Source: Candidatus Caldatribacteriota bacterium
GTDB lineage: Bacteria; Atribacterota; Phoenicimicrobiia; Phoenicimicrobiales; Phoenicimicrobiaceae
Reading direction: 5' to 3'
DNA: 32,096 nucleotides
NCBI GenBank assembly: GCA_034659055.1
Contig: JAYEGH010000236.1
Span: 1-32,096 of the forward strand
Below the pieces are notes generated by a model. The model did not search any database and had not been told where the DNA came from. It was given only the letters and a program-made list of their open reading frames with translations. Positions 1 to 7,550 of the stretch are shown one piece after another; the stretch's first letter is position 1; each line of letters starts with the position of its first letter. Position numbers and translations under genes: made by a program.

Positions 1-718
1 ATTCGGCACGTACATATATATATCCTTGTTCCGAACCAATGGCATACCCGCAAATCATCATAGCTTCCATTACACTATGAGGGTCTCCTTCTAAAATACT
101 TCTATCCATGAAGGCACCGGGGTCACCTTCGTCGGCATTACATAGTACATATTTTTTCTTGCCTTTTGCAGCAGCGGTAAATTGCCACTTTAGGCCAGTA
201 GGAAAGCCTGCCCCTCCTCTTCCTCTTAATCCTGATTTTTTAACTTCCTCTACTACTTGTTGGGGAGTCATCTCAGTCAACACTTTACCTATAGCCATAT
301 ATCCATCAGCAGCAATATATTCATCTATATTAAGCGGGTTTATAATTCCACAGTTCCTGAGGGCTATTTTTCTCTGTAGCTTAAAAAAATCTATATTGTC
401 AAACATTTCTACCATTTCTTTGGTTTTCGCTTTTTTATGAAAAAGACGTTTTACTACTCTGCCTTTTAATAAATGTTCTTGCACTATTTCTCTGGCATCT
501 TCGGGTTTAACTTTTTGATAAAATATTCCCTCCGGATAAATAACCATAACCGGACCCAATTCACAAGTTCCCATACACCCTGTAGTTACCACATCAATTT
601 CATTTTGAAGGCCTGCTTTAGTAATTTCTTCCTCCATTACCTCTTTAACACTCTCTGCACCGGAAGAAATGCAAGCCCCTCCATAACAAAGTAAAACTTG
701 AGTTCTAATATTATACAT
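1..718 (-). CDS. nuoF: NADH/FMN-binding subunit (NuoF/HydB/HndC-like) of a flavin-based NAD(H)-linked hydrogenase-type complex; 3' part runs off the window
   Basis: Not in the ORF track because it is truncated. Manual translation from ATG at 718 gives MYNIRTQVLLCYGGACISSGA, then SGLRGRGGAGFPTGLKW, CNADEGDPGAFMDRSILEGDPH and GYIYVRAE, which are hallmark NuoF motifs. It has an N-terminal 2Fe-2S thioredoxin-like domain. Confidence 0.95.
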   Translation of the reverse strand, partial: MYNIRTQVLLCYGGACISSGAESVKEVMEEEITKAGLQNEIDVVTTGCMGTCELGPVMVIYPEGIFYQKVKPEDAREIVQEHLLKGRVVKRLFHKKAKTKEMVEMFDNIDFFKLQRKIALRNCGIINPLNIDEYIAADGYMAIGKVLTEMTPQQVVEEVKKSGLRGRGGAGFPTGLKWQFTAAAKGKKKYVLCNADEGDPGAFMDRSILEGDPHSVMEAMMICGYAIGSEQGYIYVRAE

Positions 719-739
719 ATTAATTGTTCCCTACCTTAT

Positions 740-1231
740 CTATTTATATTGTTCTAATATTTTATCTATTTTTTTCGCAGTCATCCGACCATGAATATCC
801 TTATCGATCATTACAACCGGTGCCAATCCACAGGCCCCTAAACATCTTTGCACTCCCATAGAAAATCTTCTATCTTCAGTTGTTTCCCCAATACTTATTC
901 CCAGTTTTTTTTCAATCTCCTCTAATATTTTTTTTGCACCACGAACATAGCAAGCTGTCCCCAAACATACAGTAATAGTATGCCTACCGGTAGGAAAAAT
1001 CTTAAAATAAGAATAAAAAGTAACTACTCCGGTAACCATACTTATCGATACATTCATCTCTTTAGCCACAAATTCCTGCACTTCCGGTGGAAGGTATCCA
1101 AAGATAGCTTGAGCCATATGTAGTACTGGTATTAAATACCCTTCTTTATTTTTATTCTCATCGATAAATTCTTTAAGCTGTTTGTATTTTTGCTCATCAG
1201 TAAGCTCTTTTTCATCACAAATAGATGTCAT
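740..1231 (-). CDS. nuoE: NuoE/HydC/HndA-like 2Fe-2S subunit
   Basis: Motifs LIPVLHMAQAIFGYLP, GVVTFYSYF, VCLGTACYVRGA and RCLGACGLAP; directly upstream of the nuoF-like gene. Confidence 0.95.
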   Translation of the reverse strand: MTSICDEKELTDEQKYKQLKEFIDENKNKEGYLIPVLHMAQAIFGYLPPEVQEFVAKEMNVSISMVTGVVTFYSYFKIFPTGRHTITVCLGTACYVRGAKKILEEIEKKLGISIGETTEDRRFSMGVQRCLGACGLAPVVMIDKDIHGRMTAKKIDKILEQYK

Positions 1232-1233
1232 AA

Positions 1234-1605
1234 TTACTTCCCCTTTGAAAAAAGATATTTTTCTACAATTTCGCCATTTAAAATGTGTTTCTTAAATATT
1301 TCTTCGGCTGCTTTTGAGTCAACTTTTCCATATACTACCGATTCTTTATCTTCTGTATAAACCTGAATCATGGGTTCTTGTTCACAAAAACCAGCACATC
1401 CTGCAGTAGTTACGATAATATCGCTTCTATTGCTTTTGTTAATAAGATCAACCAAAGTGTTCATAGTCTGTCTAGCCCCAGCAGCGATGCCACAAGTTCC
1501 AAGGCAAACTACAATCTTAATTCGATGCTTTCCAGTACGTAACTCGAGATCCCTTTTCACTCTCTCTTTAATTTTTTTTAGTTCTTCTAAATTCTTCATT
1601 TTCAT
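1234..1605 (-). CDS. Thioredoxin-like (2Fe-2S) ferredoxin subunit (HydD/HndB-like); start may be the second ATG at 1599
   Basis: Motifs CLGTCGIAAGAR and GCAGFCEQEP; hydrogenase operon context. Confidence 0.9.
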   Translation of the reverse strand: MKMKNLEELKKIKERVKRDLELRTGKHRIKIVVCLGTCGIAAGARQTMNTLVDLINKSNRSDIIVTTAGCAGFCEQEPMIQVYTEDKESVVYGKVDSKAAEEIFKKHILNGEIVEKYLFSKGK

Positions 1606-1694
1606 CCCCTTTGTTTTTTATTCTTGGTAATAAACAAAAAAATTTAATTAAAATATATTTAGTTTATTTTAAAACCCAATATTTTTTAAAATCA

Positions 1695-2246
1695 TTAAAT
1701 TCCAAATTGAAAATCAATTCCAATTTTATTAAGTTCCTGGTTTATAGAATTATAAATAAAATTCCGAACTTCTTTCTGTTGCATTTCAACATAACTTAAA
1801 ATTTCTTTAATCTCTTTGCTGCAAAAAATAGATGTTTTCTTACCGGTTTTATTTTGAATAAAAATTTCAAAATTTACCTTCGGCCAACTATAGATAACAT
1901 CAACGAAAGTACTTGCCATATCTCCGAAAGGTTTGGCATCGATATGAGAAATATCTGTTTTGAATTCTATACGAGTACCCCTTTTTTTTAATTTAGAAAT
2001 CTTTAAATAGCCTCCTGTATCCTCTACTGCTTTCTTTAAAAATGGAAGTCCTAATCCGACTCTTCGGGTTTTCCGAGAAGTTACAAAAGGATCAATCACA
2101 TTTTTATCCTTAATCCCTGCTCCATTATCTTCTATATTACAAAAAAAATCTTTATTCTTGATTCCAAAGACAATTTTAACTTCTGTAGCATTGGCGTTTA
2201 TAGAATTCTCTATAATATCAAATAGATGGTCCGCTAAATCTTTCAT
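1695..2246 (-). CDS. Stand-alone HATPase_c (histidine-kinase-like ATP-binding) protein of hydrogenase loci
   Basis: N box DIIENSINANA, G1 IEDNGAG, F box DPFVTSR, G2 GLGLPFL. No HisKA or sensor domain. Confidence 0.9.
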   Translation of the reverse strand: MKDLADHLFDIIENSINANATEVKIVFGIKNKDFFCNIEDNGAGIKDKNVIDPFVTSRKTRRVGLGLPFLKKAVEDTGGYLKISKLKKRGTRIEFKTDISHIDAKPFGDMASTFVDVIYSWPKVNFEIFIQNKTGKKTSIFCSKEIKEILSYVEMQQKEVRNFIYNSINQELNKIGIDFQFGI

Positions 2247-2965
2247 TGTTGTTTGCTTCTTCTTAAAAAATCTTTCAAAGATATAAAATTCTTAATCTCA
2301 TCTTGCTTATCTTCCATAAAAAATAGCCCTATATCTTCAACACCATGACTATCTGAACCGGCTATTACCGGAAATTCATCCCAGGTATCACCCAACTGAA
2401 ATTTTTCTTTTCTCCACTTAAATTTAGAAGCTTCTACTGCATCATAATTTGCTTCTCTATCCAGAAACCCTAATTGGCTAAGCAAACTAAACCTATTTTT
2501 ATCAATATGAGCGGGAACGGCAATTCCTTCTATACGGTGTATAAAATCAACCAAACTATCTAATCCTATATTTAAAGCTACCTGTCTTAAGGTATCGTCA
2601 ATCCCGATAATTTCACCCTTTAGGTCATAATATAGCTGATAACCAAAAACTTGAGAGTTATTTTTTCTTTTGGGCAAATAATTATCTATTTCTTTCTCTA
2701 TTTTTAAAAGTGCTTCGATGTCAGGGAAATAAGCCAGGAGATGGACTTCTTCTCTACTGGTTAATTCCACCCCCGGAATTACTCGAATAGGCATATCTTC
2801 GCTCAGCTTACAGGCTAAAATTGAATGATGAACAGTATTATGATCAACAATAGATATAAGATTAAGTTCTTTCTGAACAGCCTGCTCTAAAATTAGCTGA
2901 GGTGACATAATATCATCACCGCAAGCCGAAAGAGCAGAATGGATGTGCAAATCAATCCTTCCCAG
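2243..2965 (-). CDS. PHP-family metal-dependent phosphoesterase; probable non-canonical CTG start at 2965 (track start 2950)
   Basis: PHP motifs DLHIHS, IVDHNT, PGVELTSREEVHLL, PAHIDK and GSDSH. The D of DLHxH lies upstream of the TTG at 2950; GGAGG (2972-2976) sits 6 nt before the CTG at 2965. Confidence 0.85.
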   Translation of the reverse strand: MGRIDLHIHSALSACGDDIMSPQLILEQAVQKELNLISIVDHNTVHHSILACKLSEDMPIRVIPGVELTSREEVHLLAYFPDIEALLKIEKEIDNYLPKRKNNSQVFGYQLYYDLKGEIIGIDDTLRQVALNIGLDSLVDFIHRIEGIAVPAHIDKNRFSLLSQLGFLDREANYDAVEASKFKWRKEKFQLGDTWDEFPVIAGSDSHGVEDIGLFFMEDKQDEIKNFISLKDFLRRSKQQ

Positions 2966-3296
2966 TTTCAGCCTCCATCATACAATATATTTCTCCGGAT
3001 ACAGTAAAAGAATTTTTGTTGGTTCGTAGTAAATTAATCTTTTCTTCCTTAGCTTTTTCGATTACTTCTTTCTCAACAACTACATTATTGGTAAATATTA
3101 TAGACTTGATATCTTTTATAAGAGCAACTGCAATGCTATTCTTGTGAGCCTGAATAGTAATCCAGATGCAATCTGCTTCAGCATGAGCCATAACATCAGA
3201 CATCAAATCTCCACAATATCCCGTTTCAACTTCGCAGTCAGTACAAAAAACAATTTCTTCCAATCGGCATTGATCAATTATTTTACTTACTTTCAT
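2952..3296 (-). CDS. DRTGG/HPr-kinase-N-like small protein
   Basis: GYCGDLMSDVMA and IWITIQAHKNSIAVA, typical of DRTGG-domain proteins in hydrogenase clusters. Confidence 0.85.
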   Translation of the reverse strand: MKVSKIIDQCRLEEIVFCTDCEVETGYCGDLMSDVMAHAEADCIWITIQAHKNSIAVALIKDIKSIIFTNNVVVEKEVIEKAKEEKINLLRTNKNSFTVSGEIYCMMEAETGKD

Positions 3297-4233
3297 TTTT
3301 TACCCCCAAATTAATTATTGCTTTTAGCTCTGTTCCGGTCTCTAAGGAAGATTTAATCTCTAATTTATCGGCATAACGTTTTATATTGGGAAGCCCCATT
3401 CCGGCACCAAAACCCAAAGCCCTGATCTTTTCCGATGCTGTGGTAAATCCCTGCTTTAAGGCAAGCTTAATATCTGGAATCCCAGGACCTTTATCATGAG
3501 CATAGATTACCGCATTATTATCGTCATCAACCTCGATAGTCATACTTCCACCCAGGGAATGAAGACAAATATTCATCTCGGCTTCATAGCAGACAATAGC
3601 AATTCTACGAATAATATCTTTACTGATTTTCAGCTTCTGAAAATACTTTTTGGTTATACTGGCCACCCTGCCGGCATTGTCAAAATCATCTCCCTTAACT
3701 TCGAACCGAAGCGGTTTTTTTACAATACTTTTCATTAAATCATGAGAAATTTGAGTATTCTTCATTTCTTTATCTTCGACTTTTTCGGCAATTGACTGAA
3801 CTACAACCAACAATCTATTTAAAATATCACTAAGAGTTATAATCCCTACAATTTTTTTATTATGGGGAGATTCGGTAACCGGAAGCCTTCCAACTCCAAA
3901 TCTTTCTAACTTATGAATTGCGGAAACTACTGAAAAATTTTGCGGTATAGTAATTACTTCTCTAGTCATATAATTAGTTATTTTATTATCTGCATAGCTT
4001 TTATCAAGGGCAGTGATAATATCATCGATACTTATAATTCCTATAATATTTTTTTCGTCATCAAGGATAGGAACTCCGGAAATTTTTTTCTCCTTAAGTT
4101 CTAGCTGAATTTCTCTGAAGGTAGCATTCTCTTTAAAAAAGATTACTTTCCTGGACATAGCCTCTTTAACCTTGATTTCGTAAATCAGTTCATTGACTAA
4201 AGTTAATTTTTCTTTGGAATAACTATTATTCAT
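3283..4233 (-). CDS. CBS-pair plus RsbT/anti-sigma-type Ser/Thr kinase (HATPase) fusion
   Basis: Two CBS motifs (ISGVPILD..IIGIISIDDI; VGRLPV..IVGIITLSDI), then YEAEMNICLH, DKGPGIPD, GFTTA and GFGAGMGLPNIKR. Confidence 0.9.
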   Translation of the reverse strand: MNNSYSKEKLTLVNELIYEIKVKEAMSRKVIFFKENATFREIQLELKEKKISGVPILDDEKNIIGIISIDDIITALDKSYADNKITNYMTREVITIPQNFSVVSAIHKLERFGVGRLPVTESPHNKKIVGIITLSDILNRLLVVVQSIAEKVEDKEMKNTQISHDLMKSIVKKPLRFEVKGDDFDNAGRVASITKKYFQKLKISKDIIRRIAIVCYEAEMNICLHSLGGSMTIEVDDDNNAVIYAHDKGPGIPDIKLALKQGFTTASEKIRALGFGAGMGLPNIKRYADKLEIKSSLETGTELKAIINLGVKNESK

Positions 4234-4577
4234 TTATTTTCTTCTTTCATTACCTCTTTAACAATTTTTTTACAAGATTCAAACATTAATTTTTCAGTTC
4301 TTAAAAGAGGAATATGGTGAGATCTGGCTAAACCGATTGCTTCTTGTGGAGGCAGTTTTCCTCGCACAAAAACAATAGCAATAGCTCCGGTTAATTCGGC
4401 TGTACGAACAACTTGTAAAGAGGTTAAGCCGGTTAAGAGTACATAGTTATCCTTAGAATAAGCTAAGATATCACTTAAAAGATCGCTCGCGCCACAGTCT
4501 GTGATTTCTTGATCTAAAAAATCTTCGCCGGATAAAACTTCCGCATCTAAAAGGCGAATTAAATCTCTAACTTTCAT
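4230..4577 (-). CDS. DRTGG-domain protein
   Basis: GASDLLSDILA, LLTGLTSLQVVRTAE and IVFVRGKLP; AGGAGG RBS upstream. Confidence 0.88.
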   Translation of the reverse strand: MKVRDLIRLLDAEVLSGEDFLDQEITDCGASDLLSDILAYSKDNYVLLTGLTSLQVVRTAELTGAIAIVFVRGKLPPQEAIGLARSHHIPLLRTEKLMFESCKKIVKEVMKEENK

Positions 4578-4669
4578 AATGGCCTCCTTTTAAAAGACCT
4601 TTACATATATTTTTTTATATTATCTTTCTTTAACTCACGATGAATATAATTTTTATTCTTATTAATTAA

Positions 4670-4687
4670 TTGTGAAATAAATCACAA
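4670..4687. promoter_or_regulatory. Rex operator controlling the DRTGG-to-nuoF operon
   Basis: TTGTGAAATAAATCACAA has one mismatch to the Rex consensus TTGTGAA-N4-TTCACAA. It lies just downstream of a strong promoter and next to the rex gene. Confidence 0.88.
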
Positions 4688-4700
4688 ATACTACAAGAAG

Positions 4701-4730
4701 ATTTTATCACAAGTTTAAATAGTATGTCAA
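4701..4730 (-). promoter_or_regulatory. Sigma70-type promoter embedded in the 3' end of rex
   Basis: Minus strand reads TTGACA-N18-TAAAAT with a TGn extended -10. Confidence 0.7.
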
Positions 4731-5354
4731 CCCTTCAAATTCAATAGATAAATCTACATTGTGTATTTTAATTTCCGGGGGTAATACGATATGAATGGGG
4801 GAAAAATTTAAAATGGCTTTAATTCCACCTGCAACCATTTTATCTGCTACTTCCTGGGCTGAATCAGCTGGTACTACTAATATTCCAATATTTATATTTT
4901 CCGCCTGGATAAATTTTTCTATCTCTTTTATATCATAAATAAAAATATAGCCAAATTTCTTGCCAATTTTTGAGAGATTATTATCAAAAATTCCCTTGAT
5001 TACAAAGCCCCTTTTACGAAAGCCTTTATACTTTACTAAGGCCTTGCCTAAATTCCCTGCTCCGGCGACAATAACTGACCATTTTTTATCCAGTCCTAAT
5101 ATCTTTTTTAATTCTCTAACAAGATCTATTAAGGGATATCCGATTCCTCGTTTGCCAAATTCTCCAAAATAGGCTAAATCTTTACGAACTTGTGCTGGAT
5201 TAATTCCGGTTATTTCTGCAATTCTAAATGAGGAAAGTGTTTTTGGTCCTTTTTCTCCTTCCACTTCTATTAATTTTGCTAAGCATCTATGATAAATGGA
5301 CAAACGATTAATGGTAATTGAAGGGACATTTTTTTTGTTTTGTTTCAACTTCAT
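4707..5354 (-). CDS. rex: Redox-sensing transcriptional repressor Rex
   Basis: TINRLSIYHR, AQVRKDLAYFGEFGKRGIGY, Rossmann GAGNLG, and GIKAILNFSP. Confidence 0.97.
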   Translation of the reverse strand: MKLKQNKKNVPSITINRLSIYHRCLAKLIEVEGEKGPKTLSSFRIAEITGINPAQVRKDLAYFGEFGKRGIGYPLIDLVRELKKILGLDKKWSVIVAGAGNLGKALVKYKGFRKRGFVIKGIFDNNLSKIGKKFGYIFIYDIKEIEKFIQAENINIGILVVPADSAQEVADKMVAGGIKAILNFSPIHIVLPPEIKIHNVDLSIEFEGLTYYLNL

Positions 5355-5366
5355 GGTTCCTTTTTT

Positions 5367-5972
5367 TTATTTTGTAGTTATAAAAGTAGGGTAACCTAAT
5401 GTCTTTAATTTTGAAGTAATATTTTGGGCTTCTTGATAGGTTTTGAATTCTTCCACTTGAACTTTGTAAAGGGTTTTTCCTTTGACCACATAAGTATGAT
5501 ACCCTTTGTTTTTTATTTCTTTCGCCAAATTTAATGCATTTTTCTCGTTCGAAAAAGCTCCCACCTGAATAGTATAAACCTTCTTCCCTGTTCCTGTTTC
5601 GGATTGCTTCGCTACATTTGTCTCAGGTTCTTTTTTGGGGGTGGCAATTGCAGCCGGTTCAGCAGATGATGCTTTCTCTTCCGGTGTAATTTCTTCCTTT
5701 ATTTTTGTTTCAGTAATTTTTGCTTGTTCTGTCTTTTCTGTAGCCGCTGTTTTTTGGGGAATTTCTCGGGGACTTTCTACTACAGGAGTTTCTACTACAA
5801 AAGTTTCTATGCTTTCTTCCTCTTTAGTCGTTTGTGTCTTTGGAGGAATATAACTCCTATCTCTAGCTAAATAAAATGCTACACTTAACATTATTATCGC
5901 ACCTACTAAAATAATTAGGGTTTCCAAATTGCTTCTGCTTTTTCTTTTATAAATCCTACTTGCTTTTCTCAT
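5367..5972 (-). CDS. Membrane-anchored SPOR-domain (FtsN/DedD-like) protein
   Basis: N-terminal TM helix, low-complexity E/T/K/P linker, and C-terminal SPOR domain YTIQVGAFSNEKNA...YKVQV. Confidence 0.88.
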   Translation of the reverse strand: MRKASRIYKRKSRSNLETLIILVGAIIMLSVAFYLARDRSYIPPKTQTTKEEESIETFVVETPVVESPREIPQKTAATEKTEQAKITETKIKEEITPEEKASSAEPAAIATPKKEPETNVAKQSETGTGKKVYTIQVGAFSNEKNALNLAKEIKNKGYHTYVVKGKTLYKVQVEEFKTYQEAQNITSKLKTLGYPTFITTK

Positions 5973-6052
5973 ATTAAACTTTACTCCTATCTTTTGTTTC
6001 TATATAGATAAAAGTCTTTTTATATTTTTATTATATAGCTGTATAGTATTTT

Positions 6053-6086
6053 ATTCTATATTATCTAAAAAAATCCTTCTTTTTTT
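6053..6086 (-). promoter_or_regulatory. SigH-like promoter upstream of SPOR-rex
   Basis: Minus strand AAAAAAAGAAGGATTTTTTTAGATAATATAGAAT is AGGA-N17-GAAT with an A-tract, matching the Firmicutes sigma-H pattern. Confidence 0.5.
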
Positions 6087-6286
6087 AATTTGTTTTTTTA
6101 TTTTTAATTGGAATAAACATTCCCCAATAATTTATCAAAAGAAAATATTTGAGTTTCTCCTTTTTCTTCACTCAATACACAGCGCCCAATTCAGTATGTT
6201 AGTATCAACTTTAGTAAGTGACTAAAAAAATAAAGAGTAATTATCTTTCTTTCTTTTTCTTAACTAGATGCTTGATACTATGCTCG

Positions 6287-6326
6287 ATATTAATTTATTA
6301 ACAATTTGTTAAATCTTTCTTATTAT
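6287..6326 (+). promoter_or_regulatory. Putative hycI promoter overlapped by a degenerate Rex-like box (6287-6304)
   Basis: TTAACA-N17-TATTAT. ATATTAATTTATTAACAA has 2 mismatches to TTGTTAA-N4-TTAACAA. The AT-rich background lowers confidence. Confidence 0.35.
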
Positions 6327-6338
6327 GATAGCATAAAA

Positions 6339-6569
6339 TAGTGAATAGTCGTTAGTGAATAGTATATAGCATTAAAAACAAGATGTAAAATTAGTTTTCA
6401 GCTGACAGTTTTCATAACTCAATTAAAAAATCAAACGCAAAGCGAAAAACTATAATTAAAAATTCAAAACTTTTTTTCCTAATATTAGATTCTAAGTTTT
6501 TTTATCGTTTTTTCTTTTCATTTTTACAATATAGCATGTGAAATAAGATGACTATATACTAACGACTAA
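6339..6569. repeat. Inverted pair of heptamer arrays (TAGTNNN) flanking a ~175 bp spacer
   Basis: Left arm tagtgaa-tagtcgt-tagtgaa-tagtata-tagcatt (6339-6373). Right arm 6550-6569 reverse-complements to ttagtcgt-tagtata-tagtc. Confidence 0.7.
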
Positions 6570-6584
6570 TTTAAAGGAAAAAAT

Positions 6585-7034
6585 ATGAACTCGAAAAAAT
6601 ATATCTTAATGGGTGTGGGAAATATTCTTAGAGGTGATGATGGAATAGGTTCAATTATTGCTAAAACTTTCAAGGACGAGAATTGGCTTTCTCTTGATTG
6701 TGGAGTTGCACCAGAAAATTATACTTCTATTGTAAAACGTAATAAGCCCAATTTAGTAGTAGTCATTGATGTGGTAGAAATGGACCTCAATCCAGGTGAA
6801 TTTAGAATAATCTCTCCTGATAAAATCAGCACCCTACATCTTACTACCCACAGTATGCCTTTATCTTTTTTAATATCTTACTTAAAAGAATATGCTGAAG
6901 AAATTATTTTTATCGGTATCCAACCAAAAAGCATTGAATACTCTAATTCTATCAGCTATGAAGTATTAAAGAGCTCAAAAGAAATAATAAATATATTAAA
7001 AGAAAAAAGTTTTAATCTCTTTAAAGATTTATAA
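6585..7034 (+). CDS. hycI: Hydrogenase maturation endopeptidase (HycI-like, peptidase A31)
   Basis: GVGNILRGDDGIG, CGVAPENY, VIDVVEM, TTHSMPL and IGIQPK; convergent with the mbh operon. Confidence 0.93.
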   Translation: MNSKKYILMGVGNILRGDDGIGSIIAKTFKDENWLSLDCGVAPENYTSIVKRNKPNLVVVIDVVEMDLNPGEFRIISPDKISTLHLTTHSMPLSFLISYLKEYAEEIIFIGIQPKSIEYSNSISYEVLKSSKEIINILKEKSFNLFKDL

Positions 7035-7044
7035 GAACTTTAAC

Positions 7045-7126
7045 CTTGATGAATCGAGCCCCTTGCATAATAGAAAGGCAAGGTAACTGTCTTATAAAAG
7101 AGGGTAGACACAAGGTTTACCCCTAC
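7045..7126 (-). repeat. Two GTAG-family REP-like palindromes between convergent hycI and mbhN
   Basis: 7102-7126 reverse complement is GTAG-GGGTAAAC-cttgt-GTCTACCC. 7045-7066 cttgatgaatcgagccccttgc resembles the REP at 10468-10490. Confidence 0.7.
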
Positions 7127-7137
7127 AGAAGAAAAAT

Positions 7138-7539
7138 TTATTCTACAATTAAATCAGGAGAAGATTTATCAGTAGCAGCAATAAGAAATTCCTCGCTCAT
7201 ATTCAAACAATCTTTGGGACATATATCATTACATTGGGAACAGAAGATACAATGATCAACATGAATTTTAATCTTTTTAGTATCTGGAATAAATTCAATC
7301 GCATTTGAAGGACATACTTTAAGACATAATTTACATCCGATACATTTATCTCTGTCATAAACAATCTTTCCTCTAAAATTTTTGGGAATTTCCACCGGAG
7401 GATGTATCTTTACTTCCCCTTTTTCAACCTTTTCCAATAATTCCAATACCGATTCGGGATAATAAGTAACGGGAAATACGTTGGTTGCCGGTTTTTTAAA
7501 TAATTGTTTTAATAATTCAAATCCCATTGGTGTTGCCAT
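7138..7539 (-). CDS. mbhN: Mbh hydrogenase 2x[4Fe-4S] subunit N (NuoI-like)
   Basis: KKPATNVFP, FRGKIVYD, CIGCKLCLKVCP and CIFCSQCNDICP. Confidence 0.92.
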   Translation of the reverse strand: MATPMGFELLKQLFKKPATNVFPVTYYPESVLELLEKVEKGEVKIHPPVEIPKNFRGKIVYDRDKCIGCKLCLKVCPSNAIEFIPDTKKIKIHVDHCIFCSQCNDICPKDCLNMSEEFLIAATDKSSPDLIVE

Positions 7540-7550
7540 ATGATTTCACC

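Noticed and set aside
108-694. Plus-strand ORFs 108-440 and 473-694
   Set aside because: Antisense shadows of the truncated nuoF-like gene; no motifs.
7046-7255. 69-aa plus-strand ORF
   Set aside because: Translation of REP sequence plus antisense mbhN; no RBS.
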